NCBI GenBank assembly: GCA_977017575.1
Contig: CDRNVI010000153.1
Coordinates: forward strand, 1-64,000
Origin: Paramoeba atlantica
Lineage: Eukaryota > Protista > Discosea
Length of the DNA stretch: 64,000 nt
Direction of reading: 5' to 3'
In this document: positions 1-12,824 of the stretch, in pieces
Numbering within the stretch: position 1 is the first letter of the stretch
Layout of the letters: each line of letters starts with the position of its first letter
Notes under the pieces: model-generated
Databases searched by the model: none
The model's input: only the letters and a program-made list of their open reading frames with translations
Told to the model about the DNA's origin: nothing
Position numbers and translations under genes: made by a program

Positions 1-807
1 CCTAAACCCTAAACCCTAAACCTAAACCCTAAACCCTAAACCCTAAACCCTAAACCCTAAACCCTAAACCCTAAACCCTAAACCCTAAACCCTAAACCCT
101 AAACCCTAAACCCTAAACCCTAAACCCTAAACCCTAAACCCTAAACCCTAAACCCTAAACCCTAAACCCTAAACCCTAAACCCTAAACCCTAAACCCTAA
201 ACCCTAAACCCTAAACCCTAAACCCTAAACCCTAAACCCTAAACCCTAAACCCTAAACCCTAAACCCTAAACCCTAAACCCTAAACCCTAAACCCTAAAC
301 CCTAAACCCTAAACCCTAAACCCTAAACCCTAAACCCTAAACCCTAAACCCTAAACCCTAAACCCTAAACCCTAAACCCTAAACCCTAAACCCTAAACCC
401 TAAACCCTAAACCCTAAACCCTAAACCCTAAACCCTAAACCCTAAACCCTAAACCCTAAACCCTAAACCCTAAACCCTAAACCCTAAACCCTAAACCCTA
501 AACCCTAAACCCTAAACCCTAAACCCTAAACCCTAAACCCTAAACCCTAAACCCTAAACCCTAAACCCTAAACCCTAAACCCTAAACCCTAAACCCTAAA
601 CCCTAAACCCTAAACCCTAAACCCTAAACCCTAAACCCTAAACCCTAAACCCTAAACCCTAAACCCTAAACCCTAAACCCTAAACCCTAAACCCTAAACC
701 CTAAACCCTAAACCCTAAACCCTAAACCCTAAACCCTAAACCCTAAACCCTAAACCCTAAACCCTAAACCCTAAACCCTAAACCCTAAACCCTAAACCCT
801 AAACCCT
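1..807 (-). repeat. Telomeric array (CCCTAAA)n = (TTTAGGG)n, chromosome end
   Basis: Near-perfect 7-nt tandem repeat from base 1 to 807, with one 6-nt variant unit near 21. The C-rich strand is on +, as expected at a left chromosome end. Confidence 0.99.
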
Positions 808-1994
808 TTTTTTCAGAAAAGAAAGCAGCAGGTAAGAAAAAAACAGAAAAACAGAAAGAGAAAAGAAAGAAATTGAAAGAAAAGAAGAGTTGAAAGGTTT
901 GGAAAGATATATGATAGATTGTTTGATTTACCAATGAACTTTTTTATTCCATATTTCAAGTGAATGTTTTAGTTTGTTATTCTTTTTTTTTTTCTTTATT
1001 CACAAACTATTAAAAACAACACCACCAGATCAATCATTTCACTTTTCCACACACAATCAAAAGAAAGAATTGAGAAAATCAAAGAAAAACAAAAGGTTTC
1101 TTTTTTAGCACACCTTATGCTTCGACGTTTTTCGTCTCTTTCGGATAGAATCGTCACCTTAATCGATTTGATTCGTAAATCTTTCGAAAAAATTCGTTAG
1201 TTTTTTGCAATGTATAGGGTGAAAAAGAATTCAAATGTTCTTGTTTTTTCTTAGTTGTTCAAGCTTCCATCAAGATAGGACCAATACAAATTCAATTCTT
1301 TTTCTTTTTTTCTTCTTTAATCTTATTTTTGATTTGCATTTGGATCTTTTCAATCAATTTTGGTCATACAATCCTTTTTCTTTGTTTTTTTTTGTTTTTT
1401 TCTTTTTTTTGTTGAATCTTTCTCTTTCTCTTTCTTTTTCTTTTTTTCTTTCTTTCTCATAAATAAAAAAGAAAAAAAAAAACTATTTGAAACAAAAAAC
1501 CAAAAAAAAACCAAAAAAAACCAAAAAAAGAAAAAAAAAATAGATGATGTGGCAATATTTGATTGGGAATTGGATTTTTTTTTTTTTTCAGAAAAGAAAG
1601 CAGCAGGTGAGAAAAAAACAGAAAAATAGAAAGAGAAAAGAAAGAAATTGAAAGAAAAGAAGAGTTAAAAGGTTTGGAAAGATACATGATAGATTGTTTG
1701 ATTTACCAATGAACTTTTTTATTCCATATTTCAAGTGAATGTTTTAGTTTGTTATTTTTTTTTTTTTTTTTTATTCACAAACTATTAAAAACAACACCAC
1801 CAGATCAATCATTTCACTTTTCCACACATAATCAAAAGAAAGAATTGAAAAAATCAAAGAAAAACAAAAGGTTTCTTTTTTAGCACATCTTATGCTTCGA
1901 TGTTTTTCGTCTCTTTCGGATAGAATTGTCACCTTAATCGATTCGATTCGTAAATCTTTCGAAAAAATTCATTAATTTTTTGCAATGTATAGGG
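808..1994. repeat. Subtelomeric direct duplication of ~410 bp (808-1219 and ~1583-1994, offset 775 bp)
   Basis: Both copies run from T-run+CAGAAAAGAAAGCAGCAGG to GCAATGTATAGGG. The differences I could read are mostly C/T or G/A transitions, several at CpG. Confidence 0.95.
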
Positions 1995-2849
1995 CACTGT
2001 CACTTGCAAGGCTTGCTCTAAACTTGTGCCAAGTTCCCTCCACCTCTCTGACTGTGTGAAATACAACTAAGGTATGAATAACAGGCATTATCATTTTATG
2101 AAACAGCTTCTCCAAATTTCCAAACTTATACAATTTGATGTGGTTCCAGATAGTCATTTCCCTTCCATTGGTCATTGCAACAAGAAGCCAAACTTAACTT
2201 TCAAACATTGGCAAGGTGGGAAACACTTGTGTCTGGATGCTACAGTCACTTCAGCCCAAGGCAAGAATGTAATATTTAAGTTTCAAGGTATGGCAACAGG
2301 CACATCAAATATATACAACCTCAGGAATTTACTTGCAATTCTATATATGGTGAGAATCTGAAAGCTGAATGAATATCTACCAAAACACCTACACAGCAAA
2401 ATGTTGAATGCAAGAAGAGATAACAACACCCCTGAAGAAGGAAGAACCTTTAAAGAAATTAAATTGTTCAACTTTTTAAGTGTGGAAGTTCTCTTTTTTT
2501 TTATGTTAACTTCATCAAGCAGTGCAGTTTCACCAGATGTAACAAGCTTCCTGAAGTGCATTACCTCTGAGGTTTTGCAAAAAGGTATAATATTAGATTA
2601 AAATCTCTATTGAGCCTTCTTGCAATATACACAGCAATGACTCTCTGTTGCACTCATTGGCAGCATGATGAGAAACATGAGATTTATTCAGCAAGATCTT
2701 CACATCTCTTCTTTTTCTCCTTCTTTGAACAATCTGCCATAGCAAACTTTGTACTCTAAGAAGCAAAGTCTTTAAGTGCTCCTCTTTAAAGACATTCAAA
2801 ATGTTTTATCTTTCTTTTTCTCCTTTGTTTACAATTAAAATAAATTAGA

Positions 2850-2885
<36 letters not shown>
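1995..2885 (+). mobile_element. 5'-truncated, decayed non-LTR retrotransposon of the restriction-like endonuclease (RLE) type, 3' end only
   Basis: The frame from 2005 reads CKAC-x7-H-x3-C (CCHC), a stop, then RH, then KPNL..W.GGKHLCLDATVTS (degenerate PD..D RLE core), and later PDVTSFLK..LSVAL. AATAAA at ~2839 precedes a 31-nt poly(A) at 2855-2885. Confidence 0.75.
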
Positions 2886-2889
<4 letters not shown>

Positions 2890-5059
2890 AAAATTAAAAT
2901 TTTTTTTTTTTAATTTGCTTCAGAAAACAAGTTTAAACAAATAAACAAAAAAAACTACAGCCTAAACCCTAATTAGTTTTATTGAAGGTTTAAAACTTTT
3001 TTTACAAAAACTTTTTTTTTTATGGAAATGCAAAAATCCTCTTTTTTTATTTTAACACTTCAAAAAGTTCAATTTGAGAAACTTTTTGAATTTTTTTGTT
3101 GTTGAAAAATTTTAAAAAGGAGTGGTGGCTAAATATCTCAAATACAATTTGTAAGGCAGGCAGAAAGGACAAAAAAACATGAGAAATTTGAGAAAAATGG
3201 GCCACTTTCAAAATGCTCATGAGATTTTATAAGAATTGAATATTTCTTGGGAAAACTTATCAAAGCAAATTCAATCAAAAATTTGGGATTTAAAAATTGA
3301 AGAAAGTGAAGGAAACCATAGTGTTCTTGAGTTTGGAGGAAGTGGAGTTTGTTTTCAAGGCCATCCTCTTGCAGCTGATCATATGATTGCATGTTGAATG
3401 CATTCTATTTGAATTGTTACTTTCAGAAGATTCTCTCCAAAATTCAAAGAAAAGCCTTCACCTCCTTTGATTTTGCTTTTTTAACAAAAGGATTAAAAAT
3501 CTTTCAGTTTGATGATGAGTCAAAAGGGGGGTTAAATAACAAATAAAATTAGAAATTTTAGCTTCAAATCTATCTAGAATTAAATAACAGATCCAAAATT
3601 TTAAAATAACTTTCAAATCAATTAAATAGGTTTTTAAAACACTTGAATTTATTGGTTGAGGAAAATCTTTTAAATGTTGTTTCTGGGGATTTTTTCATTT
3701 TGTCTCAAAGTAATTATAAGAGTTGGTGCCTGTAGTTTAGTCGTAAATTCAACTATATCCAACCTCAGAGGGGCGAGTTCAAATTCCAGTTTTTCGATAT
3801 TATAGAAAATTTTTCTGGTGCTATAGAGTGATTTGATTGGAGTGAGGAGCTTTTGAAGAAGTGTAAAAATCGGAACAGGTTACATCTCAGCCTTGTCTGC
3901 TAAAAAGTTGAGAATAAATTCCCTTGGAAGGAGTTTTGGATTATTTTCCCGTGCATCTTCCAGCCTGAACTTGCAAAAGTTCTAAAGTTCAACATAAAGA
4001 CTGACTGAACTAAGCTGAAGTTTAAAACTTCACTTCTTGTTAGAGGTTAAAAACAAACATAATTTAATGTAATTTAAATGGCTTAGATTAAGAACTACTA
4101 ATTGAATAAAGTCTGCCTCAAAAAAAAAAAAAAAAAAAAAAAACTCAAAGTGATCATAATGATACATTTTTTTGCTCTCAGGTGGCTTCAGAAGAGGAGA
4201 TTTACAAAATGTCAATCATTCAATCTTTGCTTCTCTCTTTGAACCTCTTTCTGCCAAAATGTAAGCAAAATGCTCGGAGGTGGAACCTCATAGCTCTTAG
4301 GCTTCACGAAATTCAAAACTCTTTAATGAAATGGACTCAAACTCAACATTTAATAGATGACATAAAGAAAATTCTTTCATCCCTTTTAATTGCATATGAG
4401 ATAAGAGAGTATTGCTTGATGAAGTGGATAACTAGATTAAAAAAGAATTCAAACTTTTTTGTGGAACAGATTGGGATGTACGAGAAATTTCAAACAGCTT
4501 GAAAGGAAACAAGAAAAGATATGAGAGTTCAACTTCCAATGAAATGTATTCAACAAATTTGGATTGGAGGAGGTTGTGAAACCCTCCTCCACAAAGATGC
4601 TTCAAACTTTGGTTTGTTATTTTGCCAATATTTGGGTTTTGATTGGAGGGAAAGTGATTGTGGTGTTGATTTCCCTGAACTTTAAATCTTTTGGAAAAAT
4701 TCACCAAAATCTGCAATGACCATTCGTGCTTGTTGTTACTTTCACATGAATTTGCCACTTGATTTAGAATTGAAAATGATGGATGCATCTTTTGTTAATT
4801 ATAAAAAAAAAATCAAATCCTCTGAAAAACTAAATAAAAGGAAAGCAACACACAAACCAAAGCCCTCAAAAAAATTGGTTGAAGTGAAATTGATAAAAAA
4901 CTTGTAAATTTTATTTCTTATCACCATCTTCTTTCAAAGAAATTTTAGTTTCAAAATTGTATATCCATGTGAGGAAAAGGTCTTCCTGAGCAGCTCAAAT
5001 CAATTTTGAGTCCATTACCACTTCACTTCTTTGATTTAAATTTATTTGGATTGCTTGAA

Positions 5060-5580
5060 TTTCTTATGGGATATCCAAAGAGGTGTGATATTGATTTGCT
5101 AAAGAATAATTGTATTGAAAACAAAGTCCAGTTGTGAGAACTTTAGTGTTTAGATTTGCAGAACCTCATTGGCTACTCTGATAGAAGTGTATACAATTCA
5201 AGTAATGGACCTGCTTCCCAGCTTCTGCTGCCCAAGGTTACAAATTTCCAAACTGATAATATGTATCTGCTGCATGAGTTTCCAGAATGTGGAAATAAAT
5301 TCACTAGGTGGAACCCATCTCCCCTCCCCAATCTGTGAAGCTTTCCTTCCAAGAATCAATTTTTTTTTCAAAATTAATGGTGACTGCTTCATGATTTGAC
5401 CTTTTTGGGGGGTCACTTGTTAGCATTTGAAAACATTCTTAAAAGGTAACCCACAATGATGTTGTGGATGGTCAATTTGAATTGCAACAAAAGATTCTTT
5501 CAACATTCTTCAATACTTGCCACATTTGAGTGCTCATGTATTGCCCCAATTTCCAATTTCCATCATTACCAACTCAGAAT
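5060..5580 (-). pseudogene. Transib/RAG1-like DDE transposase relic (C-terminal catalytic half)
   Basis: The minus frame reads LWVTF*ECFQMLTSDPP..NFEKKIDSWKESF..GST**IYFHILETHAADTYYQFGNL*PWAAEAGKQVH. The H-x4-H, G(+9), W(+14) and W-x2-E-x2-(E) spacing equals RAG1 YFHKTLAH..DGSIGAWASEGNE. All stops are single C>T changes from CAA, CAG or CGA. Confidence 0.6.
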
Positions 5581-8212
5581 CAAAAAAAAATTTTGCATTT
5601 ACAAAATGTAAAGACCAGCAACTTCAATGATTTAGTCTTCAATGAGTGATTCTTTTCAAATCATTCTTTTATAGAGCTTTTTTCATATTCTTTCTCTAGA
5701 TGAGATTTTAACAAAAGAAAAGAGGAAAATGAAGAAGAAAAAGACAAAGAGGAAGAAGAAAAGAAAGAGGAAGAGGGTGAAAATGAGGAAGGTAAGGAAG
5801 ATGAAAGTGAGTTTAATGATGAGGATGAACATGAAGAGAAATCTTGAAAGTCAGCCTACCACTTTGCCATTAAATCAATTCTCAAGATTAAATGAGCTAA
5901 GTTCTTCAGTATCTTTTCTTTACAAAAGTTTGATTTTCATTCGTCCCACAATAACTCACTGTTCAATCCTTCCAACCATTTTTCCTCTTCTTGAAATTGT
6001 GTATTCTCATTAGAATATCAATAGAAAAGCAAGAAATTAAGTTCATTGTGGCATTTCTGTTGAGACTTCCCCCCAACCTCAATCTAAAAGCATACTTTTT
6101 CTAGCACTCACTTATTTTCCTTCAATTTGTTTTGAATTTGAGTTTTGGCAAATTCATCAAAAACAGTTTCAACAATATTCATTGCAATCTCAAATTTTAT
6201 TTCAAAAAAGCCTCACTTTAAAATGATATAATTTATCTACAATTCAAGGAATTTCATTCCATCAAATGTTTTGTGGTCACAAAAAGCTTTCATCATATTC
6301 AGCAACCATTTTTATTCATTTAAGGTTTAGGGTAGGTTTGGAGGCAATTGATTCTTTTTGCTTATATTTTGTTTACTTTCCAAAAATCTTTGCTCTTCTT
6401 CCAAATACCTTTCAAAATATTGATTTTTAACTTCAAATTCAAAGAAAAAATCCTTCAAAAACAAAATTGACTCTTCGTCTTTAGTGATTGCAAGTAGTTC
6501 ACACTATTTTTCTTCTTTTGACAACATCCCAGGAAGAGAACATATCTTTTTTTTGTTTTCAATTTTAATATTCAATAAACAAATTCATTCTTTCAATAGA
6601 GATAAGTAATTGTCACTTTGAGATTGCAAGTTTTTAAGAGTCAATTGAACTTGAGTGTTGAGCTTCTGATAAACAAAATGACAAGCAGTTTTGTGAAAGT
6701 TTTAAATCACCTCAATCTTCTCCTTAACTTGGAAAAAATAAGATGAGAAGATATTTGCTGGGTTCTTGGGGAAACTTAATGTTGAAGAAACACAAAACAA
6801 GTCTCTTTTGAGGGTTTTGATCATTTGTTCTTGCTCCACTTTTTCAACTGATCTTTGGTTTTCACTTTTTCATTTTTGTTTTTGACTTTTTTCTTCCTTT
6901 TTGAAATGAACATAACTATTCTCATTTTGAGCAAACTCAAAAATCAAATTGTTCATCTTTACTCTCTCAACAAAACTGATGCCACAAAAGAAGGAAAAAG
7001 GTTCCACTTTTTCCTTGTTCAAAATTAAATTGTTCTCTGAAGTTTGTATTTAAAACACTGCATCTGATTTTTGAAAAAACATGAATTTTAAAAATAAAGT
7101 TCAGGCCCATTTTTTTTAGTAGCAATCTAATGTTTAAAGGTGTTGTAAGCAACTTTTTGATGGTTGTTAAGGTGGTAATTTTGTGTTTTTTTTTCAGATA
7201 TCAGATGCACAAATCCAGCACCTATTATTCAAAATCCATTTTCATTTTTCAAAGACTGTGTTTTCAAATGTAACCCAACTTGGTTAACTCAAAACTTGGT
7301 GTATTTTTCCATCCTAAATAAAAGAGAAGAGAAAGCTCAATATCTTTTTTATCATAATAAAAAACTGTCCCACAAGCAATTGAGAGCCAAAATTCTTCAA
7401 TTAAGCAAAAATCTTTGTTGAAAAAGTCTTCAAAAAGGAGTTCAGGTTCGAACAGAGTGAGCAGTTTGTTTAGACATTTGAGAGAAAAACAAAAAACAAG
7501 AAGAAAAAAAAAGAAAAAAAAACAAAGAACTTTAACTAAATTGTTTTGACTGTATTTTTTGAATAAAAAAAAAGAAAAAAAGTAATCTGAAAAGAATCCA
7601 AAATGAAAATTGCTAATTTTTTTGCTTTTTTTTCTTTCAAATTTTTGATTCTTTTTTTAAAATGCTTGCCAGATTCAATTTCAAAAGAAAAAAATGAATT
7701 TAATTACAAAAAAAGAAAAGAAGGAGATTAAAAATGGAATTTTTGTTCTGTTAACCAATTCCCCATGATTTTTTGTTTTCTTCTTCATGGACATTATTAC
7801 CAAAAAACCCTTTTCCTCTCTTGATGTTATTGTTTCCTCCTGTTCATTTTTCAGAGCCATCTAAGAATAGTTATTTTACTTTCTCTCTCCTCCTTCACTT
7901 TTATTATTTGATTGTTTTTGTTTTTTGACTATATGAGAACTTGTAAAAACAAATAAGAGTTTGGTGTCTTGGAAAGTGCTTGAAGAGAAGGTTGTGTTTC
8001 TGTTTGATCATTTTGTTTTTCTTTTTCTTTCTTTTTTTTCTTTTGTTTTTTTTCCCTTTTTTTCTTTCTTTTTTTTTCTTCCTTTTTATTCTTCCTTTTT
8101 ATTCTTTCTTTTTTTCTCCTTTTTTCTCTTTCCTCTTTTTTCTTTTCTTTTTTTTTTTATTATTCTTATCATTTTTAAAAATATCTTTTTTGAATCCACA
8201 CAATACAGGTTT

Positions 8213-8225
8213 CTAAAATTGTTGG
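8213..8225 (+). repeat. Target-site duplication, left copy (CTAAAATTGTTGG)
   Basis: An identical 13-mer at 15231-15243 abuts the other end of the element. Confidence 0.92.
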
Positions 8226-8372
8226 TTTTTTTTTTTTTTTTTAATTTTAGACATCAGAGATGCCATTTATTGAAATGAAGTGTAATCTGGACACCCAAGA
8301 ATACACTTAAATTAAATTGTTATAATCAAGTAGGATCAACCCACTTCAGTGCCAACTTAGTGGTCAAAAGCT

Positions 8373-11300
8373 CTAATGTTTCTTTCTATTTCTCATTCGA
8401 ATCTCTTTCAAAATTCTTTTCTTCTCAACAGCCTTAATAGGCCTAATAATCTTCCTTACAATGGAAGGTCTCATTGCACTCTTCAACCAACGGTTCCTTG
8501 CTTGCTCATACTCCTCTCTCCATTTTCGGTTTTCTTTCTCAACAAAACTTTCTAACATCTCTCCAGGTGCAGCTCTTTCTGGAAACCACTTAACAATATC
8601 ATCTGAAATGAACACAGGAGAAATCATTGCCCCATCCAGTGCAGCTTGTACTGGGAAGTAAACATTATTAGTTGTAATCACCTTGTCCTTAAACCTCCTC
8701 TTAAACTGAGCTTTCTTCACAGGGAAGCTCCAATCCAAATCCAACGGTTCCATCACCCACTTCCACAGTTTGGAATTCTCAATAATCCATTCCTCACTGG
8801 TTGTTGCTAGTTGTTTCGATCTTGGATCCCAGTTCCTATTAAAGACAGCTTCCATCCCATCCTCTTCAGAGTGACTTGCTGCCATCGCAATCGCGTCTGA
8901 CCTCTTGTTGAATTTGCGATACACATGAGTGTACTCCACTTTGGCAAATTTACTCTCAGCAATATTTCTGATCTCAGATAGGATCTCATTGAGCTCAAAG
9001 TTATCAATCGATTTTGTCTTAGGCGCTGCCTCAGTCAAAATTTTACAATCTCCCACCATCTCTACATGTTGCCCAAAGCCAATAACTTGTTGTAGACCAG
9101 CTAAGCATCCCGAAAACTCACCCAAATTATTTGAGCCTAGTGGGATTGTTTCAAATCCACCTCCAACCTCCAAACCTTCCTTAATAATCACATACCCAGC
9201 TCCCCCAATGTGGGGGTCTACACGCCCAGAGCCATCATAAAACACTTGCAAGGCAGAGTACTTGAACTTTGGTTGTTTCACTTCTCTTTTACCTTTGGGG
9301 GGAGCCTTTCTTACAGTTTGTTTGGGGATCATCTTGTTTGTCTTAGCAATTTCATCAAAAATTTTAACAGCAAAGCTTGGGGACTTCGATCCTTCTGCAC
9401 ATACAGTGATCCACAAGCTCAATAGGGCTGCACTCACTGCAGATGCTTCAGCCTTCTTTAGATACTGGTTCGTAAATCCACACACAAAGTCGGCACTCTC
9501 CCACTCAGGAATCTTTAAAACAAAGCATCTCCTCCCAATAGTTTTCAAAATTGCCTTAGCTTTCAGACATTCTTCAAGAAGGTGCACCCTTGACTCTTTG
9601 GCTTTCCTACACAGCCGACAAAGTGGACTCACAGATGTAAAATGGGCAATCTTATCCACAGTTGGAAGACCCCTCAAAAAGAACTTCAAAAGGTTCCGCT
9701 TAATCTGGGGTCTTTGTGGAAGAGACAAATTATAGATCACACATTTCAAGCACCCATCCCCCACATAGAAATTCTCCACTCCCACAGAAATGTTTCGAGA
9801 GAGGAGAGAGAAGGATCTCTTGGTTTTGGAGCCCATCCTCACTTGTTCTGAGATAGCACCACTAGCTTCCAATGCATCAATCCTCATGGCTCCAATGGAC
9901 AATGGATTCCTATAATGATCTTGGAGAGGTTTCCTTGATATCAACAGAGCCCAGTTAAACAGAATAGAGTGTCTAACTTGGGGTTTTTCAAAGAAAGGGG
10001 GACAAAGGGAGGTCATTACACAGGACTTTAGATTTGCATATGCGCCTAAGGCTGAATGAATGGTCTTCCACATCTTTGAGGAGATAGCTTTTGAGATAAG
10101 CTTGAATCTTGCCAAATAACCTATACAAGGAATAAGGTAAGTATTGATCATCCGGACTCTCTCCTTGAAGCTGCCTTTCCTTTGCTTAATTGCTGTTCCA
10201 ACCTTCCGCATTTTCTTGATCACCCCTTCCCAGTCTTTAGTTGGGTTCATTCTTCGAGAAATTGTAACTCCCAAGTACACAGTCTCCTCTCCCAAATAAT
10301 TAGCTGACGGCATTTCAACCCAAGGGCCCACAGGAGAGAATTTTTCAGTTGACAAAACAAAGCATTTGTTGTAGTTGAGTTTGGCTCCAGTTCCTTGTTC
10401 ATATTCTTGGAAGGTTGAGGTCAAGGAATTTATGGACTGAACCCTGTGAAGGAGAAGGGCTAAGTCATCCATGAACCCAGCAAGCTTCTCAGGGTCACCC
10501 CCATTGTTCAAACTAACCAATAAAACATCAAAAAGGATAATGAACAGAAGAGGTAAAATGGGGCAGCCTTGTCGCACACCAGTCCGGCTCTTGATGGCTT
10601 CCTTTTGTGTCTTATCATTCAATCCTACAGTTGGGAGCCATGTATCTGACTCTCGCAGAACTTTAGATACAACTTCAAAGGCTTGGGGTGGAGCATTCAA
10701 CCCAATCAGCAACTCCATAAGAGCTTCACGGTTAACATAGTCATAGGCCTTACAGAAATCAGTTTGGAGGATGGTCACGTCTTTGCCCTCCGCTACCGCT
10801 TCCATAAACCCATCATGTATCGATTCCACTGCATTATCAATGGACCTTCCAGCAAATATAGCATTTTGTTCCGGGGAAATCACCTCTCTGGCACTCTCCA
10901 TCAGCCATTTGGCCCAATATCTCATCACAATCCGATAATCAGAATTGGTAATACTTATTGGTCGAAATTGGTCAGGACAAGGAATATTCTCAATCTTAGG
11001 TAGTAACACAAGCTGACTCTCTCCAAATGATTCAGGGAAATCCATTGATTCCCCAGCTCTCTGGATAAGTTCACACCACATATCACACAGCTGTTCACTT
11101 GTCACTCTGTAGAGAGCAAAGGGGATACCATCTGGGCCAGCACTCGAATTATTGCACCATCACAGCAATTTATCAACCTTGGCCCTATCAACAACATGGT
11201 AATCAACCTTAGGAAACTGAGGTTTATGGTTCTCAATCAGCTTCTGGAGAGAGTCCTTGTTGTATGGCCTCACTGAGCCCAAAAGATTCCCCCAAAATTC

Positions 11301-12725
11301 TTTAATTGCTTTCTAGACCACACCATTATCTCTGGAAATGACCCCATCCACAACAATTCCTTTAACCCTTGGGGAAGATCTCGCTTTAGGCCTCACAGGG
11401 TGACTGTCAATAAAGATCCCCAACTGCCCTTCAATACATTCAATCTTCTTGAGTGCTGCAGAAATCATTCTGGGGATTATTCCTCTCCTCCACAACTTCC
11501 CTTCCTTCGGACCCTTCCAACCAAGGGAGGCTTGGTCCAACAGACCCATTTCAAGGGAAGAGTATGGCCTCTGGACCGTAGATTTCCTAAGAATGTGAGA
11601 ATTGCGAAGGGATCTTACAAGAGAGTGGATCTTCCACAGTTCTCTGAACAAAGCCGCCTCAGTGTTTCTTTCTCTCCAGTAGGGAACTAATTCCCAAGCT
11701 GTGGTCTTAAATCTGGTCAAAAACTCGTTGGGATCATCACCCTCAGAGAAGGTACCCATCCTCTCAATAAGAGTGTTGATGAACCCATGATCATTAATCA
11801 GATACTCAGGGATGGATTTCTTATTCACCCGAATCTCCCATTCCTTAAACGAGGATCCTCCAATCAGCAGTGCATGATCTTTAAAGTTGGACGGGATGGC
11901 ATTGATAAACAAACGTTTTAATGGAGCCTTGGATGAGAAGAAGATATGGTCGATACACCTCCCTTTATAATGGGTGGGTTCATCCCATTTCAAGCATGAC
12001 ATACAAAGAGAAGCACAACACTTTTCAATTTCCCCCATCTGTTTTTCCTTCACATCCCAATTGAAATCACCCCCAAAGATATTTATGCTCCTGGAGTTCT
12101 GGCCGAAGAAACGAGCGGCCTCCTGTGAGATGGTGGCTACTTTGAGGTCAGGGTGACGGTATATATTCAGGACAGAATAGTTTGTCGATCCAATAGTCAC
12201 ATGGGCACCAAATAATCCACTCATGGTCTGGTCAAAGAAACAGGGAGAGATCTCTTTCACCCCCTCCATCTGCCTAACACCAATGAGCAGACCCCTCCTC
12301 TTCCCAGAGGAGTTGTCTTTCAACCAGATATACTTCCTCAATTGGTTTCTGATGAGATCGAGGTCACTTTCAAAATCAGAGTGAGATTCTTGAATCAAAA
12401 TGAAAAGAGGCCGACAACTCCCAGCCATCTTCTGAAGGGTTCTCAATTTTTCGAAATTTTGAATCCCATTCATGTTCCAGGAAATAACACATGCATCAGG
12501 AAACCTACGTTCATCACTCTCACTTAAATTAGCTGAGGACCTATCACGGGGGTCAACTCCAGGCTCACTCGGAGGACCTGATGGGAGGCACTCTGACTGG
12601 GATACATTAGGCAAGTTTGTTGTTGGGGGAGGAGCTACCTGGGGGCCCACACCAAAGCTACTTCTAATATCCACCAATCCCTTTTCCTTTCTCTTCTTAT
12701 TCTTCTTCTTCCTGAGTTTAGTCAT
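8373..12725 (-). pseudogene. LINE ORF2 (~1450 codons): APE endonuclease, reverse transcriptase, CCHC zinc finger, RNase HI, extra C-terminal domain; two in-frame stops
   Basis: APE motifs SWNMNG, LIQES, GGDFN, IDH, DH. RT motifs FRPISITNSDYR, DFCKAYD, GVRQGCP, FMDD, YLGV. Zinc finger CRLC..H..EC. RNase H motifs YDGS, NNLGEF, GDC, HVYRKFNKRSDAIA. The two annotated ORFs (470 and 910 aa) are in the same frame, separated by TAG at 11313-11315 and TGA at 11160-11162; the bridge reads ..CNNSSAGPDGIPF. Confidence 0.93.
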
Positions 12726-12824
12726 CGTTTGTTTGTTTTTTTTTTTTTTTTTTTGTCTTTGTGTTTTTGTGTTTTTGTGTTTTTGTGTTTTTGTGTTTTT
12801 GTGTTTTTGTGTTTTTTTTTTTTT

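Noticed and set aside
2961-2970. Interstitial telomere-like motif (CCTAAACCCT; also GGTTTAGGG near 6324)
   Set aside because: Only about one unit long, which is expected by chance.
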